From: Polyangiaceae bacterium
GTDB lineage: Bacteria; Myxococcota_A; Polyangia; Polyangiales; Polyangiaceae
Length of the DNA stretch: 64,000 nt
Assembly: GCA_033763455.1 (NCBI GenBank)
Contig: JANRKO010000035.1
Span: 1-64,000, forward strand
Reading direction: 5' to 3'
The position numbers and the translations under genes are program-made. Within the stretch, counting starts at the first letter, position 1; each line of letters opens with the position of its first letter. Shown one piece after another: positions 53,188 to 64,000 of the stretch. The notes beneath the pieces are model-generated. The model ran no database searches and was not told where the DNA came from. It worked only from the letters and a program-made list of their open reading frames with translations.

Positions 53188-53507
53188 TAAAGCCTTGCGA
53201 GCGGCGTCCGCGTCTCGCCCGAGAAATTCGAGCTTCGCGCTCGCCCAAACGCCCGGCGGTGGTGCCGGTCTTGGGCGGGTGCAGCGCTAGATCGAGCTCT
53301 AACGGCCCCCGCAAAATACGCGTCAACGCCGATACCATCGGAGCAAGCTTTGTGCCGCGGGGGCCTTGATCTCGCCCCTGGGCGACTTATTTTCCGGTGT
53401 ACGGGTGCCGGAGGGCAAAACGCGCAGCAATGCGGGTAGCGCCTGCTTGTATTCCAGTGGTTTACGCACCGAACGGTCACGTCGGTGGATGAAGAGGAGA
53501 ATGTTCC

Positions 53508-56120
53508 GTGCAAATGGATAAACTGACCATCAAGAGCCAAGAGGCGATTCGCGCTGCTGTGAATATGGCGTCCCGGGCGGGAAATCCCGAGGTCACTCCC
53601 GAGCACGTGCTGGTCGCGGTGTTGGAGCAGGGCGAAGGCGTTGGTGGCCCACTGGTTGAGAAGGCTGGCGCCAATGCGAAAAAGCTCTCAGCGGACTTCA
53701 AAGCGCGCCTGGAAACGCTGCCGAAAGTAACAGGCGGTGGGGAGCCCTCACTCAACCGACGCTCAACTCCTCTCTTTCATCACGCGGAGGACGAAGCCAA
53801 GCACCTCAAAGACGACTTTGTGTCCGTTGAGCACTTTTTGCTCGCCGGCGCCAAACACGACAAGGATGTTCAGGCCATTTTCGATCGGCATGGCCTTTCT
53901 TACGACAAGCTATTGCACGCCTTGGCGGCTGTGCGCGGCACTCAGCGCGTTACGGATCAAGATCCAGAGGGAAAATTTCAAGCCCTTGAGAAATACACGC
54001 GCGATCTAACTGCGCTCGCCCAGCGCGGAAAAATCGATCCCGTTATCGGAAGGGACGAGGAGATCCGTCGGGTGATGCAGGTGTTAAGTCGCCGCGGCAA
54101 AAACAACCCTGTTTTGATCGGTGAGCCCGGTGTAGGTAAAACGGCTATTGCCGAAGGTATCGCTCGGCGCATTGCAGCAGGCGACGTGCCCGAATCGCTA
54201 CGCGACAAGCGGCTATTGGCGCTGGATCTGGCGAGCATGATCGCCGGCTCGAAATTTCGAGGCGAGTTTGAAGATCGGCTGAAAGCAGTATTGAAAGAAG
54301 TCGAAGCTTCCAGCGGCGGCATCATTCTGTTTATCGATGAGCTTCACACACTGGTAGGCGCGGGTGCCGCTGAGGGCGCTATGGATGCGGCCAACATGCT
54401 AAAGCCGGCGCTCGCCCGCGGAGAGCTTCGAGCCATCGGTGCCACTACGCTCGACGAATACCGAAAGCATATTGAGAAGGATGCGGCTCTCGAACGTCGC
54501 TTTCAGCCCGTGATGGTGGAGCAACCTTCGGTGGAAGACACCATCGCGATCCTCCGGGGTTTAAAGGAGCGCTACGAAACGCACCACGGCATCCGAATTT
54601 TGGATTCTGCTTTGGTGGCCGCGGCCACGCTCAGCAATCGCTACATTACCGAGCGTTTTTTGCCCGACAAGGCCATCGATCTTGTCGACGAAGCGGCCAG
54701 CAAGATCAAGATGGAGATCGACAGCATGCCGGTCGAAATCGACCAGGTTGACCGCAAGCTTTTGCAGCTTCGTATCGAGGAGCAGGCGCTCAAGCGCGAA
54801 ACAGATAAGGCAAGCCAAGCACGCCTCGCTGATCTTAAGCTCGAAGTATCCGAGCTTTCCCAAAATAGGGATCGCATGCGCGCGCAGTGGTTGAAGGAAA
54901 AGGAAGTGATTTCTCAGCTGCGCGACGTGCAGCGCGAGATAGAAGAGTTAAAGACCAAAGCAGAGCAAGTGCAACGCTCGGGAGATCTGGGTAAAGCCGC
55001 CGAAATTCGCTACGGAACGCTGCCAGCCGTCGAAAAGAAGATGGCAGATCTGCGCACGGAATTGGGTCGTGTTCAGGAAAACGGATCGTACCTTCGCGAA
55101 GAGGTGGGCGATGAAGATATAGCGGCCATTGTGTCCAAGTGGACGGGAGTGCCTGTCTCCAAGATGCTTGAGGGGGAGATGCAGAAGCTGCTCCGCATGG
55201 AGGAAGATCTTGCAAAGCGCGTCGTCGGTCAAGACGAAGCGCTTTTGGCGGTGGCCAATGCTGTACGCCGCTCGCGCGCCGGACTCGGCGATGAAAATCG
55301 TCCCATTGGGTCCTTCCTGTTCTTGGGGCCCACGGGCGTGGGTAAGACGGAAACAGCACGCGCTTTGGCTGAATTTCTGTTCGACGATGAGCGCGCCATG
55401 ATTCGCATCGATATGAGCGAATATATGGAAAAGCACGCCGTTTCCCGGCTAATTGGCGCCCCTCCCGGGTACGTCGGGTACGACGAAGGTGGTCAGCTCA
55501 CCGAACCGGTCCGTAGGCGCCCCTACAGCGTCATCTTGTTCGATGAGGTGGAGAAAGCGCACCCGGATGTGTTCAATACGTTGCTCCAGTTGCTGGATGA
55601 CGGGCGCCTCACTGACGGCCAGGGCCGCACGGTGGACTTCAAGAACTGCGTTGTGATCCTAACGAGCAATATTGGCACGTCAGATCTCGCTGAGATTGAG
55701 AACCGCCGGGATCTGCGAGCCGACCAGAAGAAGGAGCTCGCTTACACCGCCGCGATGGAGGCCTTGCGTGCGCACTTCCGCCCAGAATTCATCAATCGGC
55801 TCGATGAGATCGTGATTTACGGGCGCCTGGCTCGTGAGCAGATCCGCAATATTGTGGATATTCAGCTGGAGTACTTGAGAAAGCGCCTAAGCAAGCGTGA
55901 GCTCACGCTCGAGTTGACGGACGCGGCGAAAGACTTTCTCGCGGAGGTGGGCTTTGATCCACAGTTTGGAGCGCGCCCACTCAAGCGTGCGATCCAGAAG
56001 CAGGTGGAGGATCCGTTGGCGCAAAGGATCTTGCGCGGCGAGTTTGCGCCTGGCTCGCGCATCCTTGCGGACAAATCTGACGATGGAAGGCTCACGTTCG
56101 CCGTGGGCACCGGGGCCTAA
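53508..56120 (+). CDS. clpB: Chaperone ClpB
   Basis: Clp N repeats, GEPGVGKT, long middle coiled coil, GPTGVGKT and GARPLKR. Confidence 0.97.
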   Translation: MQMDKLTIKSQEAIRAAVNMASRAGNPEVTPEHVLVAVLEQGEGVGGPLVEKAGANAKKLSADFKARLETLPKVTGGGEPSLNRRSTPLFHHAEDEAKHLKDDFVSVEHFLLAGAKHDKDVQAIFDRHGLSYDKLLHALAAVRGTQRVTDQDPEGKFQALEKYTRDLTALAQRGKIDPVIGRDEEIRRVMQVLSRRGKNNPVLIGEPGVGKTAIAEGIARRIAAGDVPESLRDKRLLALDLASMIAGSKFRGEFEDRLKAVLKEVEASSGGIILFIDELHTLVGAGAAEGAMDAANMLKPALARGELRAIGATTLDEYRKHIEKDAALERRFQPVMVEQPSVEDTIAILRGLKERYETHHGIRILDSALVAAATLSNRYITERFLPDKAIDLVDEAASKIKMEIDSMPVEIDQVDRKLLQLRIEEQALKRETDKASQARLADLKLEVSELSQNRDRMRAQWLKEKEVISQLRDVQREIEELKTKAEQVQRSGDLGKAAEIRYGTLPAVEKKMADLRTELGRVQENGSYLREEVGDEDIAAIVSKWTGVPVSKMLEGEMQKLLRMEEDLAKRVVGQDEALLAVANAVRRSRAGLGDENRPIGSFLFLGPTGVGKTETARALAEFLFDDERAMIRIDMSEYMEKHAVSRLIGAPPGYVGYDEGGQLTEPVRRRPYSVILFDEVEKAHPDVFNTLLQLLDDGRLTDGQGRTVDFKNCVVILTSNIGTSDLAEIENRRDLRADQKKELAYTAAMEALRAHFRPEFINRLDEIVIYGRLAREQIRNIVDIQLEYLRKRLSKRELTLELTDAAKDFLAEVGFDPQFGARPLKRAIQKQVEDPLAQRILRGEFAPGSRILADKSDDGRLTFAVGTGA

Positions 56121-56150
56121 CCCGACGACACCAACGCCCAACGCCAAATG

Positions 56151-56318
56151 CCAATGGGAGGTTGAAGCCACAAGATCCTCAACCGCCAATGGGAGGTTGA
56201 AGCCACAAGACCCTCAACCGCCAATGGGAGGTTGAAGCCACCAGACCCTCAACCGCCAATGGGAGGTTGAAGCCACCAGACCCTCAACCGCCAATGGGAG
56301 GTTGAAGCCACAAGATCC
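56151..56318. repeat. 35-bp tandem repeat, about 4.8 copies
   Basis: Unit CCAATGGGAGGTTGAAGCCAC(A/C)AGA(T/C)CCTCAACCG at 56151, 56186, 56221, 56256 and 56291; no spacers. Confidence 0.95.
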
Positions 56319-56551
56319 GCGGGATCATTAGCTGCGGAGTTAACGGCACGTCAACGCAGTGGCTAGTGCTCGGTGTGTTCCAATTTTGCTTGGCGGCTGC
56401 GGGAAGGTACCTGCACTGCAGCAAGAGATAATTGTCATGCTAAGTACCTCATGCGCGAAAGAAAGTGCCCAACCCAGGCGACAAGCCCGAACTTCGCCCG
56501 CACGCGCGACCCGCGCTTTCTCCGCCAATTCAGACAGGCGCAACCACAGAT

Positions 56552-57124
56552 TCACACGATAGGTTTCGTGGGAGCCTCGTCGTCATCGCGCTGGAGGTCC
56601 GCAAGCGCCGCTCGCACTAGCTCTAAGTACGCATCCCACGGAAAATTCTTGCCCGGGTCGACGTGGGTGGACTTCTTGAATGCCTTTGTTACGTCGATAT
56701 GCCCGCAGATCCCGCGCTTCTTTGCCAAAAGATCCGCCGGCGTTAGTCGAACCACTGGAATGCCATGGCGATGGCAGATGTCGGCACACAAGCCAGCGGA
56801 TTTCTGCAGCATTGCGAGTGAATAAGCGTCCGCCCAGTTTTGAGTGCTCTGCCCTGCGAACCCCGCGTGCTCCAAGTGCACTGCGTTGCGGTTGGCGCCG
56901 GGTGCAGCCCACGCGACATCTTTCTCACGTACGCTCTGCACGACATCGACATTGTCGATGCAATAGTGCGCGCTCGCCTTCGGGGCCGTTGGCCCGGAAA
57001 ACCAACGCGCCACGGCGAGTGCGGTACCGGGTTTTTCCGCCGCCTCCATCGTGTGGATAACGACAAGTTCGACGCTGCGCCCTGCGGGCACGGCGGTGTA
57101 GTTCTTGGCCTGAATGAATTGCAT
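56552..57124 (-). CDS. N-acetylmuramoyl-L-alanine amidase (Amidase_2)
   Basis: VVIHT, SAHY, AWAA..N, LE, CGH and DPG; no signal peptide. Confidence 0.88.
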   Translation of the reverse strand: MQFIQAKNYTAVPAGRSVELVVIHTMEAAEKPGTALAVARWFSGPTAPKASAHYCIDNVDVVQSVREKDVAWAAPGANRNAVHLEHAGFAGQSTQNWADAYSLAMLQKSAGLCADICHRHGIPVVRLTPADLLAKKRGICGHIDVTKAFKKSTHVDPGKNFPWDAYLELVRAALADLQRDDDEAPTKPIV

Positions 57125-57309
57125 GGTGTCGACTCCGGGGCTGCCCGCGAAGGGCTCAAAACGCAGGAATGGTTGGCGCTAAGGTACCAATTCTCTATCC
57201 GGTCTTGGGCATGGCCGGTCAATGGTCACCTATTCATCGGTCGGGTCGCTTTGAATCTCGAATTGATTTGTCGGGCCGGACGTGTAGAAGTCCTGGCGTT
57301 ACCTTGGCC

Positions 57310-58002
57310 ATGACGACCCGCGTACTTCTGATCCGCCACGGCGCCACCGTCCTTACTGCGGAAGACCGTTTTGCCGGCGCGACGGATGTGGAGCTTTCGG
57401 AAGAAGGTCGTGAACAGGCAAGGAGTTTGGGCGCCCGGCTGGCCGGAGAGAAGCTGGCGGCCATCTACACGAGCCCCCTCAGGAGAACGCGCGATACGGC
57501 TGGGTTTCTGGCAGCGCCCCACGGCCTTCAAGCCCGCGAACGAGACGGACTGCGGGAAATCAATCATGGCCGCTGGGAAGAGCTCACGCGGCGCGAGGTG
57601 GAGGCGCGCTTTTTGGAAGAGTACCAGTCGTGGGAGCAAGATCCGTTTACCTACGCGCCGGAGGGTGGAGAATCTGGTGCTCAGGTAATGTCGCGAGCAT
57701 TGCCAGTGATTCGTGAGGTGGTATTGAATCACACGGGCCAGACGGTTGCCGTGGTATCGCATAAGGCGACGATACGGTTGGTGTTGTGTGCGCTTCTGGG
57801 TATCGATGCGCGAGGTTATCGCGACAGACTTGATCAGTCGCCCGCTTGCCTCAATGTTATCGACTTCAAAGATCCGGTGAGAGCACGGCTCATGACCTAC
57901 AACGACACCTCGCACTACAGTTCTCAGCCGCGCCGCTCAGAAGCCCAGCTCTCCAAATGGTGGGATAAAGAGGGTTCGAAGCGAGGGCCATATGGCAGCT
58001 GA
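57310..58002 (+). CDS. Histidine phosphatase family protein
   Basis: LIRHG, SPLRR, LREINHGRWE, GGES and VSH. Confidence 0.92.
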   Translation: MTTRVLLIRHGATVLTAEDRFAGATDVELSEEGREQARSLGARLAGEKLAAIYTSPLRRTRDTAGFLAAPHGLQARERDGLREINHGRWEELTRREVEARFLEEYQSWEQDPFTYAPEGGESGAQVMSRALPVIREVVLNHTGQTVAVVSHKATIRLVLCALLGIDARGYRDRLDQSPACLNVIDFKDPVRARLMTYNDTSHYSSQPRRSEAQLSKWWDKEGSKRGPYGS

Positions 58003-58657
58003 CCCAACTCCCGATCCCAAGGTTGCGCCGGAGGCTTCGGCTCACGAAGGCTCAGAACCACTGAGAAATGAGGGGCGGTCACCGTCTTCCGAATCGGTGT
58101 GTGATGCTCCAGAGGGTGATACCCACACGGAAACGGCGGAGGAAGTTGACGAGTTGGGTTGGGCTGGCCCCAGCCGCAGTCAGGTAAAGCGTGAAGCTGA
58201 GGCGGCGACTAAGCTCGGTCAGAAGCTCACGGGGCTTCCCCCGGGCGTGCTTCAGCACCTTCCGCTCACCCCCGAGGTGAGAGAGGCGATTGAGGTGTGG
58301 CGTAAGCTCCGCCGTGGCGCTCAAAGCAGGCAATTGCGCCGCTTGGGGTCTCTCCTCCGAGCTACGGATCTTGGGCCAATTATGGAGGCGCTCGGGCGCC
58401 GAACGATTCAGAGCCCCGAGGAGCAGCAATTGGAGCAGTTGGGGGAGCTCTGGCGCACGCGGCTCATCGAAGGTGGGGACGACGTGGTGGAGGCCTTCCT
58501 TGCCAAGTACCCGGGTGGGGACCGCCAGCACTTGCGCCAGTTGGCACGCGCCTCCAAAGGTGAGCCCGTTACAGATCGAATGAAGCGAACCAGGCGAGAG
58601 TTGCTTCGGCAGCTTCGCGACATGATCCGTGCATCGAATGCTAGCGCGGAGGGTTAG
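57992..58657 (+). CDS. yjgA: Ribosome-associated protein YjgA/DarP (DUF615)
   Basis: SRSQVKRE, RQLRRLG.LLR, E.WRTRLI and DRQHLRQL.R. Confidence 0.88.
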   Translation: MAADPTPDPKVAPEASAHEGSEPLRNEGRSPSSESVCDAPEGDTHTETAEEVDELGWAGPSRSQVKREAEAATKLGQKLTGLPPGVLQHLPLTPEVREAIEVWRKLRRGAQSRQLRRLGSLLRATDLGPIMEALGRRTIQSPEEQQLEQLGELWRTRLIEGGDDVVEAFLAKYPGGDRQHLRQLARASKGEPVTDRMKRTRRELLRQLRDMIRASNASAEG

Positions 58658-58694
58658 GTTTCGCGGGCGGATCCGTGCGCTCGGCACGAATAGC

Positions 58695-61127
58695 TTATTC
58701 AACTTCGAAGTGTACGGCTTGGCTCCGTTGGCCATCAGGGGTGGCAACTTCAAGTTGATGCCTCCCGGGCACCAGTGGCCAGCTGAGGCTGTACGGTGAG
58801 TTTACTTCGTCTAAGAGTTGGCCATTTAAGAAGAACCGAAGTGGCACGGCACGCGGTGAACGCGCCCGAAATACGATGCGCTGTTGGTCGCGGGTGAGCG
58901 AGGGATCCAAGAGAAATCGCGCCCCTTCGAACGGATATTCGAGAGCAGGCAGCGCGTTTTTGGTGGTCGACGCAGGGAAATCATTGAGCACACCGTGGGC
59001 TCGCCCACAGGCGCTTATTACACCTGGGCGGAGCGGGCGTTTGGCCTCCCTTGCCCACGACTGATATTCGTTCGGGTACACTTCGATGACGTGTGCTTCT
59101 GCGCCAGGGCACGCAGACGCGCTGAGCTCGCGGCTCATGGGTTCGATCCACACGCGTTCGTGCATGTCACACGCTTGGGTGGAAACATGGGAAGGCGCAA
59201 ACCATTCGATCTGGGAATGCGGACAGGCGGACCCTACCAACTTACCGCTGAGGGGGCACACGTTTTGCGCTATCAAGCCTTGCTTGTCGACGAGCGGAGC
59301 GGGAGAACGCCCACGCATCGCCAACAGCATAGCGTCGCGAAAGAGCGGGCCTGCACCCGTGATGCCGCTGGAGCGTTCGAGCGGGGTGCCGTCAAAATTC
59401 CCCACCCACACCGCTACCGTTACCTCCCGTGTGTAGCCGACCGCCCAGTTATCCCGAAAAGCCTTGGAAGTGCCCGTTTTTGCGGCCACAGGAAAGGGAA
59501 GATCCAGCACGCTGGTTTCGCCAAAACCGGGCGCTCGCGCGGCGCTGTCTGAAAGAATGCTGGTAACGAGTGCGGCCGTTTTAGCCGCGAGCACTCGGCG
59601 TTCGGCGGGTATTGGCACCTCGAAGGATTGTCCCTTTGCGGTCACGGCTCGGTTCGCAAAGGCCAGCGCTTGGTAGATCCCGCCGCGGGCTAGAGTGGCG
59701 TAGGCCGCTGCTAGTTCACCGAGAGTGACTTCACCGTCTCCGAGAGCAATCGCTGCACCATAGTGACCCGCAGGCTGATCGAGGCTCGCGAAGCCAAAGC
59801 TGTGGAGCATCTCTAACACTTCGGGAGGCCCCACTCTGCTTGCCGTGTAGACGGCAGGGACGTTGAAGGAACTGGCCAATGCTTGCCGCAGGCGTACGGG
59901 GCCATGGTAGCGGCGGTCGTAATTTCGCGGTGCGTAGTCGAGCTTCTCGCCTGCGATGTGCAGCTCTACATCTGGCAGGAGGGTTGCGGCGGTGAACCCC
60001 AATCGCTCCATGGCGGCTGCATAAACGAAGGGCTTGAGTGCCGATCCAGGCTGCCGCCGCGCCAAGACACCGTCATTTTGGCCCAAATCGGCGTGGGATG
60101 CGAACTCTGGAGAACCAACGTATGCCAAAACTTGGGCCGTAACGTTGTCGACGATCAAGGCCGCAGCTGCAGTGCCGTGATAGGCCGTCATTCGCTTACG
60201 TGTGTGACGGACTAACTCCTCGAGTTCGCGTTGGGTATCTAGATCGAGCGTGGCTCTAAGCTCTTTGAGTGCCCCATGTTGGCGCAGCGAGCGCTCGAGC
60301 TTCCCACGAGCGAGCGCTCTTACCAGATGTTCCGCGCCTTCGGCGAAGGTAGGCCTCTGTAGAGTTACCGGTTGTGCGAGAGCGAGGTTCAGCTGCTCGG
60401 GTGCTATTGGGAAAAGGCGCTGCATGCGCTCTAGAATACGGTTGCGGCGCGTCCGCACTGCGGCTGGATTGCGTAGAGGATCATAGAGGTTGGGTCCCCT
60501 GGGGATCGCCGCTAGGGTTGCCGCTTCGGCGAGATCGAGCTTGGCCGCGGGCTTGTCCAAATAGCCCCTGCTTGCAGCAGCAATCCCGCGCAAATTGGGT
60601 CCAAAATTCACCCGATTGAGATACTCCTCCAGGATAGCGGGCTTGCTCAGCTCTCGTTCAATTCGGAGAGCTAATAGGGCCTCCTTGAGCTTTCCCCAAA
60701 GCCCTGGCGGTCGCTTAAACACGGCTCGTGCTAGCTGCTGCGTGAGAGTGCTCCCGCCTGAAACTACGTGCCCAGTGGTTAACCACTGGCCGAATGCGCG
60801 TGCGGTTGCCAGAACATCCACGCCTGGATGGCGGTAGAAACGGCCGTCTTCAGCCGCGATGAGTGCGTTGATGAGTGCCGGGCTTACCTCTGAAAGCCGG
60901 ATCGTGGAGGCTTCGGCGCGATCCGGCGCCCGTAGCTCGGTGAGCCGTCGACCATGGCGATCCAACACCAGCAACCCGGGCTCGGGTGGACCCTGAATGA
61001 GTGAGGCAGGCAGGGGCGTGAGGGAGACCGCAGCAACTAGCGCGAACGCAAGTAAAACAAATGCCAAAGCTCCCGAAAAGAGCCATCTTTGGAGGCGGGC
61101 CTTAGGCGTTAGCTTACATTGCGCCAT
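58695..61127 (-). CDS. pbpC: Penicillin-binding protein 1C
   Basis: EDGRFY.HPGVD, GGSTLTQQL, GSALKP, SFN, KTGT and a C-terminal beta domain. Confidence 0.93.
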   Translation of the reverse strand: MAQCKLTPKARLQRWLFSGALAFVLLAFALVAAVSLTPLPASLIQGPPEPGLLVLDRHGRRLTELRAPDRAEASTIRLSEVSPALINALIAAEDGRFYRHPGVDVLATARAFGQWLTTGHVVSGGSTLTQQLARAVFKRPPGLWGKLKEALLALRIERELSKPAILEEYLNRVNFGPNLRGIAAASRGYLDKPAAKLDLAEAATLAAIPRGPNLYDPLRNPAAVRTRRNRILERMQRLFPIAPEQLNLALAQPVTLQRPTFAEGAEHLVRALARGKLERSLRQHGALKELRATLDLDTQRELEELVRHTRKRMTAYHGTAAAALIVDNVTAQVLAYVGSPEFASHADLGQNDGVLARRQPGSALKPFVYAAAMERLGFTAATLLPDVELHIAGEKLDYAPRNYDRRYHGPVRLRQALASSFNVPAVYTASRVGPPEVLEMLHSFGFASLDQPAGHYGAAIALGDGEVTLGELAAAYATLARGGIYQALAFANRAVTAKGQSFEVPIPAERRVLAAKTAALVTSILSDSAARAPGFGETSVLDLPFPVAAKTGTSKAFRDNWAVGYTREVTVAVWVGNFDGTPLERSSGITGAGPLFRDAMLLAMRGRSPAPLVDKQGLIAQNVCPLSGKLVGSACPHSQIEWFAPSHVSTQACDMHERVWIEPMSRELSASACPGAEAHVIEVYPNEYQSWAREAKRPLRPGVISACGRAHGVLNDFPASTTKNALPALEYPFEGARFLLDPSLTRDQQRIVFRARSPRAVPLRFFLNGQLLDEVNSPYSLSWPLVPGRHQLEVATPDGQRSQAVHFEVE

Positions 61128-61213
61128 CTAATCGTGGGGTTGCTGCACCAAATAGAGCAGCATCAAGGCGTGGCCGCCGGGGTGCCTCACGGCCAGCGCA
61201 CTTCTAGGGTGGC

Positions 61214-64000
61214 TCAACGAACCTCAATCACGGTGGCTCCCGTGCGACCAAAATTCTCCGGGCTGTACATCTCTTCGGCCTGGGTGGGCGGCACCACAAA
61301 GCGCCCAAGCGTTGTCGCGCGTGCAAGGTAGCGGAAGTGATGAATGCCAGGGGGTAAGTGATCCATGAAAAAGAGCGCGCGATCGTCGCGGAGCTCCTGG
61401 CGGAAAGGTACAGAGAGAACACGCGAGCCTTCGGCGGTGGCTTCGTAGTCCTCTTCCTCGGTATTGTTGTTACCAAAGCCGCTGCTCGGAGCTTCTGTGA
61501 GCCAGGCCGCTGTGGTCACCAGGTTGGTATCTACAGCTTCCATGCCCGCAGCTAAGCGATCGTCGAGCACCACGTATTCGCGCGGCTCCCCGGTAACTAT
61601 CAATAGATCAGTAACGACCAGATCTCCGCCCGCAAATGTGGTTTGGCTCTTTTCCGGAAGCGACAGCAGCGCGGCTCCGAGCGACTCGGAGGTGACTTTT
61701 CGTAGGGACTTTTGCACGAAAAATCCTCGATCGAGCGGCTCTTTGGGGGGCTCTTTGAGCGCGTACCGGAGCTCGGCCGCATAAAAAAGTACACCGCGCC
61801 CGGTTTGTTGAAAGGTAAGATCCCGACTGTTCACGGCGGCCATCGGGAGCTCCTTGATCACGGCGAGGGAGCTTCGACCAGCGAACGCGTGTTGCAAGAA
61901 TTTGTTCTGACCGAGCGTTACCGTGATTTGAGCATCCGGTGAATCGCGCTCCGCTGCCTTCTGGTAGTCGTTCAAGGCGAGGAGGGCAAAAGCCGTCTCC
62001 TGCGTTGTTCGCCAAGAGCCGCCCTTTCTGGCTAACAAGAGCCCGCGAGCGAGCCGTGCGCCTAGGGGGTGATCGGGGCGCGCTGCCACCAGTGCGCGTA
62101 ACAAAAGTGCGGTGGTGCGTGCTTCGGAGTCCATGAGGCTCGCGTAATCGTCCCCCAGATTCTCCGTGGAAAATGCTCGATTTTCAGTGATGTGAACGCT
62201 ATTTTCGAGGGCTTCGATCAGCCGGGTTTGTGCGGCTTCGGGTTGCTTGGAGGTTACCAGAGCGTGCAGCACCAGCGCTTTGGCGAAGCTAGGAAGATCG
62301 GCGCGTTGCGCGAGGCGCGTCATATAACCCACGTCGGGCTTGCCGAGGAGGGCGAGCACATCCACCATGAATGCTTGGGAGGCTAACGCCACTTTATCTT
62401 CCTCCGAGTGAGCGAGATATTGGCGGAGGTATTCGGTGCCGCGCTCCAGCACGCTAGGTCCGAATTTTACACCGCGCTGTTTGGCCTCGAACAGCACCCA
62501 GAGCGCATAGGGGCTCACCCACGGAGAGCTTTCACTCGATTCTGGCCAAAGACCAAAACCCCCGTCGCCACGCTGCCGGCTCACGATCTCAGCCACGGTG
62601 CGTTCGATCAATGCGTCAGCATTCGGGGGCAGTGCGAAGCCAAATTCCCGAGCCAGATCACGAAGCGGCAACAACGGCAGAATTCGGCTCGAAAGCTGCT
62701 CGGTGCACGCATAGGGGTAGTCCAAAAGCTGCGACATGCCCGCGTCCAAGCCCACCAGGGCCGTGGAGGAGGCCGTCACGGTGAGGCCCCCTACGTCTCG
62801 GCGTACTGCACCCAAATTACCCAGCTGTTCTCGCGAAAGAGCGCGCGTCTCCCCGTAGAGAGCCACAGTCTCCAAATTCGTGGGAGTTTCCACGCGACGG
62901 TTCACTTCCACCGCGTCCCGTTCTTTGTCGGTACTCGCAGTGAAGTTGAAGCGTGCGCTGCCCGCTTGGTCAGCACGGAACTTGAAGCGAACTTCTTTAG
63001 ATTCGTTGCGACCAAGGGCTACGCGCGTGAGCGGCTGACTCAAAAGGGAGATGCCCGAGGCTTGAGCCTTTACCGAGACCTCAGCAGGCCCGAAATTCTT
63101 CGCGCTCACCACAACTCCCGCCTCTAGGTTATCGCCAATCCGCAAAAATCGCGGCAAGGCGGGGCGCGCCATGAGTGGCTTGCTCGTGGTGATGTTGGTT
63201 TCAGCGAACCCGTAGCGGTCATCCAGGGCAGCGGCCACGGCCATTAGACGAAAGCTCGTGAGCGTGTCCGGTAGCTTGAAGGATACCCGCGCCATTCCTT
63301 CGGGACCGACTGCTAGCGTCGGATTGAAGTAGACGCTTTGTCGGAAATCCCGACGCACAGAGGAAGAGCCCTCGCCGCCGCCACCTCCTTCGGCACCTTT
63401 CTGGAGACCCAGAATGTCCCCGAGTGGATCGAGGTTCAAACGCGCGAGCGCCTCTCGCGATTCGAGCGTGGCAACCTGAAGTGCCCTCGGTGCCATGAAC
63501 ACTTTGAGCGGATCGGGTGCGTGGTAGTTGATGAGGGAAAGCACACCTTCGTCGACCGCATAGAGGGTTACCTCAGCCGGGTGGGGCTTACCTGCAGCCG
63601 TCTTCACCGCCAGATCCACCACGACGTCTTCGCCGGGGCGATAGTCTCGACGGTTCGGCTTGATATCTAGATTCAAGCGCCGAGCTTCGGCATCCACTTT
63701 GAGCTCCACGTAGCCCAGGCGAAATGTCGGTGCACCAAGATCCGGCTTTCCCGGGCCTTTGGGGGGAGCGGTTCGGGGGCGCACCAATTCTACGGAAATG
63801 TACGCATTGGGGCGGATCGCATCCGTCACGGGAATAGTAACCGTAGGCGTTGCACCGGATACGTGAATGCGCCGCTTTTCGTAGACGCCGGCGCGCTCCA
63901 CCGTGATGATGGCATCGGCTTGTGGAAAGGGGGATTTGATCAGCAGCCGCGCTCTTTCACCGACTTTGTATTGAGCCTTATCCAGTGAAAGCGAGAGCTT
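61214..64000 (-). CDS. Bacterial alpha-2-macroglobulin (5' part lies outside the window)
   Basis: AVDEGVL, LPDTLT, PRFL..GD, thioester motif YPYACTEQ, QRGDGGFGLW, TTQE and AEEMY. Confidence 0.93.
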   Translation of the reverse strand, partial: KLSLSLDKAQYKVGERARLLIKSPFPQADAIITVERAGVYEKRRIHVSGATPTVTIPVTDAIRPNAYISVELVRPRTAPPKGPGKPDLGAPTFRLGYVELKVDAEARRLNLDIKPNRRDYRPGEDVVVDLAVKTAAGKPHPAEVTLYAVDEGVLSLINYHAPDPLKVFMAPRALQVATLESREALARLNLDPLGDILGLQKGAEGGGGGEGSSSVRRDFRQSVYFNPTLAVGPEGMARVSFKLPDTLTSFRLMAVAAALDDRYGFAETNITTSKPLMARPALPRFLRIGDNLEAGVVVSAKNFGPAEVSVKAQASGISLLSQPLTRVALGRNESKEVRFKFRADQAGSARFNFTASTDKERDAVEVNRRVETPTNLETVALYGETRALSREQLGNLGAVRRDVGGLTVTASSTALVGLDAGMSQLLDYPYACTEQLSSRILPLLPLRDLAREFGFALPPNADALIERTVAEIVSRQRGDGGFGLWPESSESSPWVSPYALWVLFEAKQRGVKFGPSVLERGTEYLRQYLAHSEEDKVALASQAFMVDVLALLGKPDVGYMTRLAQRADLPSFAKALVLHALVTSKQPEAAQTRLIEALENSVHITENRAFSTENLGDDYASLMDSEARTTALLLRALVAARPDHPLGARLARGLLLARKGGSWRTTQETAFALLALNDYQKAAERDSPDAQITVTLGQNKFLQHAFAGRSSLAVIKELPMAAVNSRDLTFQQTGRGVLFYAAELRYALKEPPKEPLDRGFFVQKSLRKVTSESLGAALLSLPEKSQTTFAGGDLVVTDLLIVTGEPREYVVLDDRLAAGMEAVDTNLVTTAAWLTEAPSSGFGNNNTEEEDYEATAEGSRVLSVPFRQELRDDRALFFMDHLPPGIHHFRYLARATTLGRFVVPPTQAEEMYSPENFGRTGATVIEVR

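Noticed and set aside
53361..53400. Heat-shock operator (CIRCE/HAIR) upstream of clpB
   Set aside because: Only a CTTGA half-site is present; there is no complete inverted repeat.
56151..56318. CRISPR array
   Set aside because: Units abut with no unique spacers, and there are no cas genes in the window.
58695..64000. pbpC + alpha-2-macroglobulin as a new system
   Set aside because: This is an established, widespread gene pair.

Overview
GC-rich bacterial chromosome segment. The gene content (DUF4388 response regulators, PEGA and Ser/Thr kinase signalling, Uma2 nucleases, Cys-rich lipoproteins) suggests a myxobacterium of the Polyangiaceae/Sorangiineae type; this is inference. Most of the window is housekeeping: zapA, aroK-aroB fusion, dapF, DnaJ/CbpA-like, rpoZ, aspS, pyrK/pyrD, cysS, mlaE, folE-like, SRP RNA, acyl-CoA carboxylase beta, KamA, pyrH, ccmF, dnaN-recF-gyrB, clpB, yjgA, pbpC and alpha-2-macroglobulin. 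The 47.76-48.23 kb gap has the full layout of a chromosomal replication origin (DnaA boxes, GC tract, DnaA-trio-like triplets, AT-rich tract) directly upstream of dnaN, with no dnaA beside it. Accessory patches are an intact ABC-ATPase + DUF4276/TOPRIM-like gene pair (best candidate for an uncharacterised defence system) between two frameshifted pseudogenes, a PIN toxin-antitoxin pair with a palindromic operator, an internally deleted HEPN toxin, two Uma2 nucleases, a trypsin-CBM lipoprotein, an orphan amidase and a 35-bp tandem repeat. Other oddities are an in-frame RimI-PyrK fusion, a divergent FolE operon and a methyltransferase with no canonical start codon. All calls come from motif recognition by eye; no database searches were run.
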